Part shown: one piece after another, positions 42,118 to 51,744 of the stretch
How the letters are laid out: every line of letters starts with the position of its first letter
How positions within the stretch are numbered: position 1 is the first letter of the stretch
Source of the DNA: an uncultured Gemmatimonadales bacterium
Lineage (GTDB): Bacteria > Gemmatimonadota > Gemmatimonadetes > Gemmatimonadales > GWC2-71-9
DNA length: 64,000 nucleotides
NCBI GenBank assembly: GCA_963739455.1
Contig: CAVUAK010000003.1
Coordinates: 40,930-104,929 of the forward strand
Direction: 5' to 3'
Notes under the pieces: generated by a model
Told to the model about the DNA's origin: nothing
The model's input: only the letters and a program-made list of their open reading frames with translations
Databases searched by the model: none
Program-made: the position numbers and the translations under genes

Positions 42118-42635
42118 GGTATCAGCACTCCGTCAGGCAACGGCACCACCATCTGCTCGATCTCCTCGAAGCCGTAGGCGCGGTAGAGCGGCTCCCCAGG
42201 CAGGGTGGCAACCAGCATCAGTCGGGTGAACCCGGCCGCGCGTGCCGCCTCGACGCACGCGTCCAGCAGCATCCGCCCGATACCGCGACGCGCCCAGTCC
42301 GGGTGCACGAAGAACGCCCTGATGCGTGCCGGGTCCGTCGCGGCGTCGATGAGGGCATCGGCATCGTGCTTGGCGTGATCCCCGCCATAGTGCGTCTGCC
42401 GCATGCTCCACCCGCCGCAACCAACGATCACGTCACCCGCCTCGACACAGAAGTAGGTGCCGTCCCGCACCAGGGCAGTATCCACCCCGAAGACGTACTT
42501 GATGGAGCTCTCGATCTGCACCCTGGAGTAGTAGCCCGGGCCCAGGCCGCGCACAGAGGCCTGGATGAGTTCATTCATCGCCGCCTCATCTTCCAGCCTG
42601 GCCCGGCGCAAGGTGAACGCCGCGGTCGCCGCCAT
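42090..42635 (-). CDS. GNAT family N-acetyltransferase
   Basis: 181-aa ORF: IRAFFVHPDWARRGIGRMLLDACVEAARAAGF, PLYRAYGF. Confidence 0.85.
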   Translation of the reverse strand: MAATAAFTLRRARLEDEAAMNELIQASVRGLGPGYYSRVQIESSIKYVFGVDTALVRDGTYFCVEAGDVIVGCGGWSMRQTHYGGDHAKHDADALIDAATDPARIRAFFVHPDWARRGIGRMLLDACVEAARAAGFTRLMLVATLPGEPLYRAYGFEEIEQMVVPLPDGVLIPCVRMGRAI

Positions 42636-43048
42636 CAGGCGAACGCGGCCAGCGCGGCGGCCGCGATCTCCCCATCCTGTGCCGACGTCATGCCGCTGAT
42701 CCCGATCGCACCAATGATGGCGCCGTCATGCGTCACCGGCACGCCGCCCTCCAGCATCAGGGCAAAACGGCTCACCGACAGCAGGCTCATGCGCCCGCCC
42801 GCGATACCGTCTTCCATCGCCTTGGTCGGGCGCTTGAAGCGGGCGGCCGTTCTCGCCTTCTCGATCGCGATGTCCTGGCTCGCCGGCTGGGTGCCGTCCA
42901 GCACGTGAACGAGCACGAGACCCCCCGTTGGATCGACGACCGCAATCGCAACAGCCCAACCCCGCTTGAGTGCCTCGGCTTCCCCCGCTGCCGCCAGCGC
43001 TTTCGCGCCTTCCAGCGTGATGAACGAAACCGAACGACTTGACGCCAT
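42635..43048 (-). CDS. GlcG/HbpS-like (DUF336) heme-binding protein
   Basis: Start MASSRSVSFITLEGAKAL: VAIAVVDPTGGLV, AIEKARTAARF, GGVPV..DGAIIGAIGISG. Confidence 0.85.
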   Translation of the reverse strand: MASSRSVSFITLEGAKALAAAGEAEALKRGWAVAIAVVDPTGGLVLVHVLDGTQPASQDIAIEKARTAARFKRPTKAMEDGIAGGRMSLLSVSRFALMLEGGVPVTHDGAIIGAIGISGMTSAQDGEIAAAALAAFA

Positions 43049-43070
43049 GAAGAACTCCCAAATGAATGGT

Positions 43071-43132
43071 CCCCTCACCCCTCACCCCTCACCCCTCACC
43101 CCTCACCCTTCACCCCTCACCCCTCACCCCTT
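43071..43132. repeat. tandem heptamer array (CCCCTCA x ~8.5); complement (GGGGTGA)n is a canonical G4 motif
   Basis: cccctca x5, cccttca, cccctca x2, cccctt. Lies between two reverse-strand genes. Confidence 0.9.
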
Positions 43133-43137
43133 CCCTG

Positions 43138-43752
43138 TTACCGCTTTTTCTCCACAGCGGCTCGCACCGCGCACCCCTCCAGATGGTCATTGACCAGCCC
43201 CATCGCCTGCATGAACGCATACACCGTCGTGGGACCCACGAACGACCAGCCCCGCTTCTTCAGGTCCTTGGACAGCGCCTGCGACGCCTCCGACTGGCCC
43301 AGCGTGCGCAGCACCGCGAGCGTCATCTTCTTCGGTCGGGCCGCCGGCGCCGGCTCGTAGCGCCACACATAGTCGGCGAGCGAGCCGAACTCGTCCACCA
43401 GGTCGGCGACCCGCCCGGCATTGTTGATGGTCGCCAGGATCTTGCCCCGGTGCCGCACGATCCCCGCGTCCTGCAGCAGCTGCTCAACTTTCTTCGGCGT
43501 GAATCGCGCGACCTTGTCGGCCTCGAAGTTCGCGAACGCCTTCCGGAACGCCTCGCGCTTCCGGAGAATCGTGAGCCAGCTCAGCCCCGATTGGAATCCC
43601 TCCAGCGACAGCTTCTCGAACAGCCGCCGGTCGTCCCGCACCGGGAACCCCCATTCCTCATCGTGATAGGCGATGTACTCCGGTGTCGCGGCACACCACG
43701 CGCAACGAGCGACACCATCTGCCGCACGGAAGACCCCGCTGTCAAGAGTCAT
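43138..43752 (-). CDS. tag: DNA-3-methyladenine glycosylase I
   Basis: 204-aa ORF: RCAWCAATPEYIAYHDEEWGFPVRDDRRLFEKLSLEGFQSGLSWLTILRKREAFRKAF, GPTTVYAFMQAMGLVNDH. Confidence 0.9.
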   Translation of the reverse strand: MTLDSGVFRAADGVARCAWCAATPEYIAYHDEEWGFPVRDDRRLFEKLSLEGFQSGLSWLTILRKREAFRKAFANFEADKVARFTPKKVEQLLQDAGIVRHRGKILATINNAGRVADLVDEFGSLADYVWRYEPAPAARPKKMTLAVLRTLGQSEASQALSKDLKKRGWSFVGPTTVYAFMQAMGLVNDHLEGCAVRAAVEKKR

Positions 43753-43943
43753 CGAGCACCGTCAAGTCTTGTTGTCACAATAACTTGTAAACCTTTTCTC
43801 GAACGAAAAAACCGTTGGACAGATCACGTACCGCGCTGTATATGGGTGATGCCTACGTAAGTGATCCACCGTGCCGTCACCGCTTGCCAGCAAGGCGCGT
43901 CCGCGTCGCTGCCTGGTCGAGCCTCGAAAGAGGATTCCTGAAA

Positions 43944-44456
43944 ATGACTCCACTGGTCGCACTGGCGTTGAGCATTGGGGCGCTCGGAGGCATCGCCACC
44001 GCCATCTACCTGAAGGTGGGGCTGGCCATCTGGGCGGGATTCATCGCCTGGGCTTGCTTCTTTCACACCGGGGGCGATACCGAGGCCCTCAAGAAGACGA
44101 TCATCGGTAACCTCTTCGGCATCTTCTGCGCGGCCGTTGCCGCCGGATTCCTGCTCTCCTCGATCGGCGCCGCGCTTGGTGGCGCAGCCGCTCCGGTCAT
44201 CGTTGGCCTGACGGTGTTCGCCATGGTGCTCGGCGCCCACCTCAAGCCGTTCTCCACCATCCCGGCCAGCGTCTACGGGTATGCGGCGACCTTCGCCTAC
44301 CTCCTGCAGACCGCGAACGCCATGGTGATCGGGAACTTCACGATCGTCAGCTTCACCGGGAACCCGCTGCTCGTCGTTTCCGTCTCGATGGTGCTCGGGG
44401 CCATTTTTGGTCTGGTCTCGGCGAAGGTGGCAGGAGCGCTTACCAAGAAGGCCTGA
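43944..44456 (+). CDS. DUF1097-family membrane protein
   Basis: ATG 43944 (MTPLVALALSIGALGG). 170 aa with ~5 TM spans. Family assignment from memory. Confidence 0.6.
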   Translation: MTPLVALALSIGALGGIATAIYLKVGLAIWAGFIAWACFFHTGGDTEALKKTIIGNLFGIFCAAVAAGFLLSSIGAALGGAAAPVIVGLTVFAMVLGAHLKPFSTIPASVYGYAATFAYLLQTANAMVIGNFTIVSFTGNPLLVVSVSMVLGAIFGLVSAKVAGALTKKA

Positions 44457-44529
44457 CATTTCGCCGGGCACGGTTTACGAGGGCACACCTGGGCCCCGGG
44501 AGAAATCCCGGGGCCCTCGCGTACCCAAC

Positions 44530-44580
44530 CCCCTCCCCCTCACGCTGTCGCAGTTCCTCCTCACGCTGTTTCAGTTCCCC
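44530..44580. repeat. tandem ~21-nt repeat (GTTCCTCCTCACGCTGTTTCA family)
   Basis: ccctccccctcacgctgtcgca / gttcctcctcacgctgtttca / gttcccc. Sits in a convergent gap and overlaps the stop at 44571. Confidence 0.85.
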
Positions 44581-46156
44581 TTGACCGGCTTCAGGTCGAG
44601 GTCCTGGAAGTCAAAGCTGAAGTCCACCTCCGGCGACGCCGGCAGCATCTTGATGCTCGCAATGTTGCCGTCGGGATCCAGCGTGAACGTGACATACGCA
44701 TCCGCCCGCACCTCGCGATCCGTCCAGCGCGCCACGAACGTGTCGTACTGCCAGTGCTCCAGCTTGCCCACCAGCACCGGCGAATGGGTGAACCGGATCA
44801 TCAGCTGGCCGTTCTCGTCGGTAATCGCGACGTCGCCATACCAGGGATCGCGATAGGTACCGGCGTACTTGGCGAGGGGAAGGGACGGCTTGGAGTCGGC
44901 ATTCCGCGCGCTCGCCGATGCCTTCATCTCGGCGGCGTTCGCCGAGTCGTTGCGTGCCTGTACCCACTTCCATGCACCGAGCCAGTCGAACTTCGCCCCC
45001 ATGTAATAGTCGAGCACATGCAGCGTGATCGCCCGGAACGCCGGGCCCGACTCGGCGTTGGTGAACACCGCCACGCCCAGGCGCAGGTCCGGTACGGTGC
45101 TCACCTCCGACACGAATCCCGGGCAGCCCGCCGGTGTGCTCCGCCACCTTGTAGCCCCGGTAGTCGCTCATGTTGAGGCCCAGCGCGTAGCCCCGGAAGT
45201 TGGCCCGGAGCGGCGCGAGCTCTGGTGGCGGCGGGTTGTTGCCGAGGATGGTCACCGGCATCCACAGGGCCCGGGCGGTGCGCGTGGTGTAGAGGGACGT
45301 GCCGTCGGACTTCCGGCCGGAGTCGGCCATGATCATGAGCCACTTCGCTTCGTCGGTGGCGTTGGTCATGATGCCACCCGCCGGGTTCGTCGCGGCGCTG
45401 GTGTCTGGCCACACCGGCTTGAGTGTGCCCTCCACCACCGCATGGGGCGACGCGAGGTTGCTGCGCTGGTCGGGCGTCGGGTAGTGCGAGAAGCTCGTCG
45501 TCATCCCCGCCGGCACCAGGATGTTGCTCGCGCACGAACTCTTCCCATGGCTGTCCCGACACCGCCTCGATCAGCTCGCCCGCGACCACGTACAGCACGT
45601 TGTCATAGGCATAGCTGTAGCGGAAACTGGTGGCCGGCTTGATGTACTTGAGCTGCCTGGCGATCTGCGCCCGGGTGTAGTCGGACGCCGGCCACCACAG
45701 GAGGTCACCCGCGCCCAGGCCCAGTCCGCTGCGATGCACCAGCAGGTCGCGCACGGTGATTTCGCGCGTCACCCACGAGTCGTACATCTGGAACCATGGC
45801 AGGTAGTTCGTCACCGGGGCGTCCCACTCGATCTTGCCCCGTTCCACCAGCAGGCCGAGCGCGAGCGAGGTGAACACCTTCGTGTTGGAGGCAATGCCGA
45901 ACAGCGTGCCGGCGTCCACGGGCGTCGGGTCGCCGAGGCGCCGGACGCCATATCCCTTCGCGACGATCACCTTGCCATCCTTCACGATCGTCAGCGAGAT
46001 GCCGGGGACCCCGAATGCCTTCATCACCGAGTCGACATACTGGTCGAGTCCGGGTGGCACCCCGGCGGGCGCCGTGGCCGGCTTGGACTTCTGGGCGTGC
46101 AGGGACACAGGGAGCGCGAGCAGTGCGATGGCGAGAAGCCGGGCGATCCGGGTCAT
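44571..46156 (-). pseudogene. serine hydrolase (class C beta-lactamase/PBP family with C-terminal DUF3471-like domain), two extra nucleotides
   Basis: Signal peptide MTRIARLLAIALLALPVSLHAQ. SxxK motif FGIASNTKVFT. Pieces 45101-46156, 44611-45516 and 44571-45113 join at ~45525 (EEFVRE|NILVPAGMTTS) and ~45116 (HTGGLPG|FVSEVSTVPDL). Confidence 0.85.
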
Positions 46157-46163
46157 GTCGAGC

Positions 46164-46910
46164 TCAGTTCTCCAGTGAGAAGGTGACGCGCATGACGGCG
46201 GTGATGTCCTTGTCCACCGCAGACACGTCGTTCATGCCGTAGTCTGAAATTTCGGTGCTGTTGCGCGGGGTGATCTGGAAGACACCCTGCCGGACACTCT
46301 TGATCCGGCCGATCGTGCCCCCGGTGCGCTCCGCGATCTGCTTCGCCCGGGTACGGGCATCCTCGGTGGCATCGCCAAGCATCTGGATCCGCATCTCGCC
46401 CAGGCGGGTGAAGAGATACTGCGGCGGCTCGGGACTGAGCGGCACCCCCTCGGCGAGCAGCGCCCCCGCTTCGCGACTCAGCGCCGTGACCCGGGCAATG
46501 TCCGGCGACGTCACCGCGATGGTCTGGAACAGGCGGTACCCGATGACCCGGTTGGTCTCCTCGCCGCCGATGCGCTCGCGCACCGCATTGCTGTTGATGG
46601 AGGAGATCTCGACCGTGGAATCGGCGAAGCCTCGCTGCACGATGAACGCCTTCACCCGGGCGGTGATCCGGGCCAGTTCGTCGGAGGCCTCGGGCAGCGT
46701 CGCCCGCTGCACCGAGACCGAGCCGCGCCACATCGCCAGGTCGCTGGTGATCGGCTTGCGCGACGATCCCGTCACCGTGATCTCGTCGCCGGCGCGCCGC
46801 AGCCGCTCGACCGCCACGCCGCCGATGAGTGCCGCCACCACCAGCCCGGCGGCGAGGACCACCGCTCCCCAGAAAGTGGGCGCGCCCAGCACGCCCCGAT
46901 CAGTTGTCAT
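46164..46910 (-). CDS. SIMPL (DUF541) domain protein
   Basis: 248-aa ORF with N-terminal TM. ITVTGSS...A.WR.SVSV, ARTRAKQIAERTGGTIGRIKSVRQG pattern. Confidence 0.75.
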   Translation of the reverse strand: MTTDRGVLGAPTFWGAVVLAAGLVVAALIGGVAVERLRRAGDEITVTGSSRKPITSDLAMWRGSVSVQRATLPEASDELARITARVKAFIVQRGFADSTVEISSINSNAVRERIGGEETNRVIGYRLFQTIAVTSPDIARVTALSREAGALLAEGVPLSPEPPQYLFTRLGEMRIQMLGDATEDARTRAKQIAERTGGTIGRIKSVRQGVFQITPRNSTEISDYGMNDVSAVDKDITAVMRVTFSLEN

Positions 46911-46989
46911 CAGTAGTGGTGCTCCGGCGAGTGTTACGGGGGTATCATCCGGCGCTGCGTCGTCAAGATAAAGGGTATATCATCTGGCC

Positions 46990-49099
46990 ATGAGTTTGCG
47001 CGACCAGCCCCGCTCCCTGGCGCTCCTCGTCCTCTCGCTCGTCGGCTTGGCGGCCGTGGGCACGTGGACCCATGGCATCGTGCGTCGCTCCATACGCGAC
47101 CGCACCGAGGACCGGTTGCGGCTGGTCATGAACTCGATGTACCAGGGTCTCAACGCCTGGGTGTCCGGTGAGCAGGCGCTCGTGCGCTGGATCGCTGCCG
47201 CACCCGTGGTGCGGACAGACCTGCTGGAGATCGCCGCGCGGGCGCCGCGCCTCGATGACGCTGCGCTGAGGCGCCTGCCCGCCCGGGCGCGCCTCATGGA
47301 GCGCCTCAGGCCGGTGCTGGAGAGCCACGGATACCAGAACTTCGCGTTTATCGGGCCCGATAGCCGGATCCTCACCTCAAACGACTCTGCCCTCGTCGGG
47401 AAGCCCACCACGGCCTACCCCGCAAACCTCGTGAGCCGCCTGCGCCGGGGTGAGTCGGTCACCATCCCCATTCGCGTTCAGGCGGTGGACAGCGCCGGTC
47501 GGCCGCTCGACTTTACCCGGCCCGCGATCCTCACCGCATCGCCCGTCTTTGCCGATCCATCCGGCGCCGGCGAATTCGTCGGGTGGTTTGACCTGCGCGC
47601 CGATCCAGCCACCGGGTTCGATCCCATCATCGAGGCCGGTCGCCCCGGCCTGACCGGCGAGACCTACTTCATCAACGCCGACGGCACCATGCTCTCGGGC
47701 AGCCGCTTCGACGCCGACCTGCGCAGGACCGGGCTCCTGCCGCGCGATACGCTCGTCGGCTCGACGCTGAACGTGCGTGTCGGCGATCCTGGCGGCAACC
47801 TGCTGCGTGGCTTCGACCCCGGCAGCCCGCCGAGCGCCTGGCCGCTCACCCACATGGGCCAGCACGCCACCATCGGTGAGGACGGGCTCGATCTCGACGG
47901 TTATCGCAATTATCTCGGCCAGCAGGTCGTGGGCACTTGGCGCTGGTTTCCCAGGGCGGCGGTGGGTATCGCCGTGGAGCAGGGCTACCAGGAAAGCTAC
48001 GGCGGCATGCGCATTCTCTGGCGTGCTTTCGGAACCCTGTTCGGCATCATCGTGGTTGGGACGGCCCTCATCTGGTTCATCTGTCGGCATGCTCGAGCGC
48101 GCCCGGGCGCGGGCGCGTCGCGCGGAACAACTCGGCCAGTACACGCTCGAGCGCATCATCGGGGAGGGCGCCATGGGCACCGTCTACCGGGCTCGGCACG
48201 CCTTCCTCCGGCGGCCCACGGCGGTGAAGCTGCTGCGCGCCGAGCGCAGCACCCCGCAGGCCGTGCGGCGGTTCGAGAAGGAAGTCCAGGCCACGAGCCA
48301 GCTGGTGCACCCCAACACCATCACGGTGTTCGACTACGGCCGGACACCCGTCGGCACTTTCTACTATGCCATGGAATACCTCCGCGGTCTCACGCTCGAT
48401 GTGGTGGTGCAGCGCTTCGGGCCGCTGCCCGAGCGCCGGGTCGCCCACATCCTGCGACAGGCGTGCGGCTCGCTCGCCGAGGCACACGACGCGGGGCTGA
48501 TCCACCGCGACGTGAAGCCGCAGAACATCATGCTGTGCCACCGCGGTGGTGTGCCCGACCTGGTGAAGGTGCTGGACTTTGGCCTGGTCAAGGAAAGCGA
48601 AGTGCCCGAACCCGACCTCACGCGCGACGGCGCTGCAGTCGGGACGCCACTCTACATGGCCCCCGAGGCGGCGTCGGCATCCGGCGAAATCGATGCCCGG
48701 GCCGACCTCTACTCGCTCGGCGTTGTCGCGTACTTCCTGCTCAGCGGTGTGCAGCCCTTCTTCGGTGTCAATGCGCGCGAGGTCATGCGGCGCCACATGG
48801 AAGAGCGCCCCAAGTCGCCATCGGAGCGGCTGGGTCAGCCGCTCAACCACGAACTCGAGGCGCTGGTTCTCCTGTTGCTGGCCAAGGATCCCGGCAGTCG
48901 CCCGCCGTCGGCGCGAGCCGTGGAGGAAATGCTCGACCAGGTCATCGAGCCGATGCTCGGGCGCTGGACCGACGAGGAGGGCGATGCCTGGTGGCGCGCC
49001 AACGCGCCACAGCTCATTGGCATGGGCCATGACGACGAGCCGGAAGCGGCACCGCTCAAGCTCGACGTGGACGTCGCGAGCCGGGCCGGCCGGCTCTGA
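46990..49099 (+). pseudogene. Ser/Thr protein kinase with large N-terminal extracytoplasmic sensor region, one extra nucleotide
   Basis: N-terminal TM, ~330-aa periplasmic region and second TM (46990 frame). Joins at T ~48082 (ALIWFI|VGMLERARA) to the kinase domain: GEGAMGTVYRA, AVKLL, HRDVKPQNIM, DFGL, GTPLYMAPE. Confidence 0.85.
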
Positions 49100-49122
49100 G
49101 TTCACGCGCGGCTGGACCCCTC

Positions 49123-49812
49123 TTGGTCTTCCTGTGTGCGCTGGCCGCCCCGCCGGCGCGCGCGCAGGTGCCCGCCACCGCCGGCCAGGTCTGGACCATC
49201 GGGAACGTCTGGCTGCCGCTTCCCTCGAAGTTCCGCGTGCTCGCCACCGGCGAAGTGAATGCCGGTACCGACTACAACTACCAGCAGTGGATCGGCGGGG
49301 TCGGGATCGGCTACCAGTGGAAGCGGGTCAGCGAGCTGGCGCACATGGTCAACATCAACAGCGACAAGGAGAGTCGCCTGGTGGTGGGGGCAGGATACGA
49401 ATACCTGTGGACCGAGCAGGAAGGTGCGGCGACGACGGAAGACCGGGTCGTGATCGATGCCACGCCACGCTATCGCCCCAAGAGTCACTGGCTGCTCGAC
49501 TGGCGCAACCGCGCCGAATTGCGATGGGTGGATGGCAAGTACTCCACCCGGTTCCGCACCAGGATCACGGTCGAGCGCGATATCCCCGTGCGCAAGAACG
49601 GCCGGCTCACCCCATACGCATCGGCCGAGTTCTTCTACAATTTTGCATCGGACAGTTGGGACAAGCAGCAGTATGCCATCGGAATGGAACTGCCGTATCG
49701 ACGAGTCTTCATGGTGCAGGCCTACTACCTCTTCCAGCACAACAGTTCCGCACCCGACAACGTGAACGTGCTCGGCATCACCCTGAACTTCTTCCTCCGC
49801 AACGGCCTATAG
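49123..49812 (+). CDS. DUF2490-like outer-membrane/beta-barrel protein
   Basis: 229-aa ORF with TTG start as tracked. Alternating beta-strand pattern and aromatic C-terminus. Family assignment from memory. Confidence 0.55.
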   Translation: MVFLCALAAPPARAQVPATAGQVWTIGNVWLPLPSKFRVLATGEVNAGTDYNYQQWIGGVGIGYQWKRVSELAHMVNINSDKESRLVVGAGYEYLWTEQEGAATTEDRVVIDATPRYRPKSHWLLDWRNRAELRWVDGKYSTRFRTRITVERDIPVRKNGRLTPYASAEFFYNFASDSWDKQQYAIGMELPYRRVFMVQAYYLFQHNSSAPDNVNVLGITLNFFLRNGL

Positions 49813-49818
49813 CTTCCT

Positions 49819-49866
49819 TCAAGTCCTCAAGTCCTCAAGTCCTCAAGCCTTCAAGCCTTCAAGCCT
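49819..49866. repeat. tandem octamer array (TCAAGTCC x3, TCAAGCCT x3)
   Basis: Read directly from the sequence. Sits in a convergent gap and overlaps the stop at 49859. Confidence 0.9.
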
Positions 49867-50479
49867 GTTCCAACGCCCTCCACATATACCAGCTCGCCAG
49901 TGAGCGGTACGGTCGCCACCGTTCGGCGTGCGCCGTGAGTTCCTCCACCGTCGGCAGGTCCTTCCTCCGGTACGTCAGCGCGAACCCCTTCTTCACGCCG
50001 TAGTCGGCCACCGGCAGCACGTCGGGTCGCCCCAGCCGGAACATCAGGAACATGTGCACCGTCCACGGCCCGATGCCGCGAACCACGGTGAGGCGTTCCA
50101 CCACTTCGTCGTCACTGAGGCGGCGGATCTGCGCCAGCGTCGGCAGTTCGCCGCTCGCGGTGCGGTGCGCCAGGTCGATCATTGCCGCGGTCTTCGCGTT
50201 GGACAGGCCGGCCGACCTGAGCCGGTGGGGCGGGGTAGCGGCGAGCTGGGCCGGTGTTGGGAAGGTCTTCGGGGCGTAGAGGGCGCGCACGCGCCCGAAG
50301 ATGGTGGATGCCGCCTTGCCCGACAGTTGCTGGTACACGATCGACCGCGCCAGCGCATGGAACAGCGTCGTGGTGGGCGATAGCTCGAACCGATCGTCCG
50401 GGCACTGGTCCATCAGCCGCGCCAGGCGCTTGTCCCGGCTCCGCAGGTGTGCCTCGGCGACATCCAGGTCATACGTCAT
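49859..50479 (-). CDS. DNA-3-methyladenine glycosylase II-like (HhH-GPD family)
   Basis: 206-aa ORF: ARSIVYQQLSGKAASTIFGR, LRSAGLSNAKTAAMIDLA, VRGIGPWTVHMFLMF, PVADYGV. Confidence 0.85.
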   Translation of the reverse strand: MTYDLDVAEAHLRSRDKRLARLMDQCPDDRFELSPTTTLFHALARSIVYQQLSGKAASTIFGRVRALYAPKTFPTPAQLAATPPHRLRSAGLSNAKTAAMIDLAHRTASGELPTLAQIRRLSDDEVVERLTVVRGIGPWTVHMFLMFRLGRPDVLPVADYGVKKGFALTYRRKDLPTVEELTAHAERWRPYRSLASWYMWRALEQA

Positions 50480-50571
50480 TGCGAGGCGGCAGCGTAGCTG
50501 CCGAATCCAGTGTCATTCGAGGGAGCTCGTAGAGCGAGCTCCCTGGAAAATCCCGGTGCATCTGCACGGAG

Positions 50572-50778
50572 CTACGCCCCGGTCGGCTTGAACATCGCCG
50601 CATCCAGGATCGACCAGAGGTGAATGATCCAGCCCATCCAGATCAGCCACAGCGCGCCGGCAAGGACGAACATGATCGCACCCTTGATCGGGCGCCCCTG
50701 GATCAGCTGTCCCAGCCCCGGAATGAAGAAGCTCGCCAGCGCGGCGATCACGTTGCCTGAAGAACCCTGGCCTGCCAT
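50572..50778 (-). CDS. small two-TM membrane protein
   Basis: 68-aa ORF: AALASFFIPGLGQLIQGR..GAIMFVLAGALWLIW. Confidence 0.45.
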   Translation of the reverse strand: MAGQGSSGNVIAALASFFIPGLGQLIQGRPIKGAIMFVLAGALWLIWMGWIIHLWSILDAAMFKPTGA

Positions 50779-50806
50779 CCCAACCTCCTGAGGGTGTCCG
50801 GAAAAG

Positions 50807-51709
50807 CTAATCGGCGTGTGCCGCCGCCTGCGCCGATCGCGCGAGCAGCAGCCCCGCCGCGATGATGGCGAGTGCCCCCAGCGCCTGCGGCAGCGAGGGA
50901 CGCTCGCCGAATACCGGGATGGCGAGCACCACCGTGAAAAGGATGCCGAGATAGGTCAGCGCCGACACCCGGGCGGCGCTGTCCAGCGAGTATGCCCGCG
51001 TCATCGCCAGTTGAGCGCCCCCGCCCGCCATCCCGGTGCCCAGCAGGAACAGCGCGGCCCGCGGCGACGGGGTGCGCCACACCGGGATCGACAGCGCCAC
51101 CGTGGTTACCAGCGCCACGAGCGAGAAGTGCAGCACCACCGCCTCGCCGCTCTCGCCGGCTCCCCAGGCGCCGGAGCAGCATCATCGCGAAGGCAGTAGA
51201 GCAGGGCGCCGAGCGTGGCGATCGCCGCCACGCCGATGGCGCTCTGGAAGCGCGGCTGCAGGACGAGGGCCACGCCGGCGAACGCGATGACCACCGCCAG
51301 TCCCACCGAGCGCGACCGCGGCTCGCCCAGGAAGGCGGGGGCCAGCAGTGCCACGAAGATGGGCGCGGTGGCACCGAGCGTCACCGCATCGGCGAGGTGG
51401 ATGCGGGGCGACGTGAGCGCGTAGAATGTGCAGAGGGCCGAGAGCGTGCCGAAGATGGCCCGCCCCCAGGATGCGCGCTGGTCGGTGATCCGGAGCGACA
51501 CGCCGCGCAGCGCGCGCGAGCCCGACGGCCAGCAGCACGCCAACCAGGAATCGCGCCGCGGCAACCTCGGGCCACGGAAGATCGCCGCCAGCCAGTCGGG
51601 CGCTTACGTTCATCACCGCGAAGCACACCTGGGCGAGTAGCATCCATCCGAGGCCGGCCAGGTGATGGCTGGCCGCCTCGGGCTCGCTCGCGGAATCAAT
51701 CACGGTCAT
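50807..51709 (-). pseudogene. DMT (EamA-like) family transporter, three extra nucleotides
   Basis: Pieces 51182-51730, 51106-51564, 50748-51374 and 50807-51139 join at ~51510-51520 (within a GCGCGCGC run), ~51192 (LGALLYC|FAMMLLRRLG) and ~51161 (RRLG|AGESGEAVVLHFSLVAL). About 10 TM spans in total. Confidence 0.8.
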
Positions 51710-51744
51710 GGCGGGGGAAGTTACATGCACAGGCGCTCGACCCG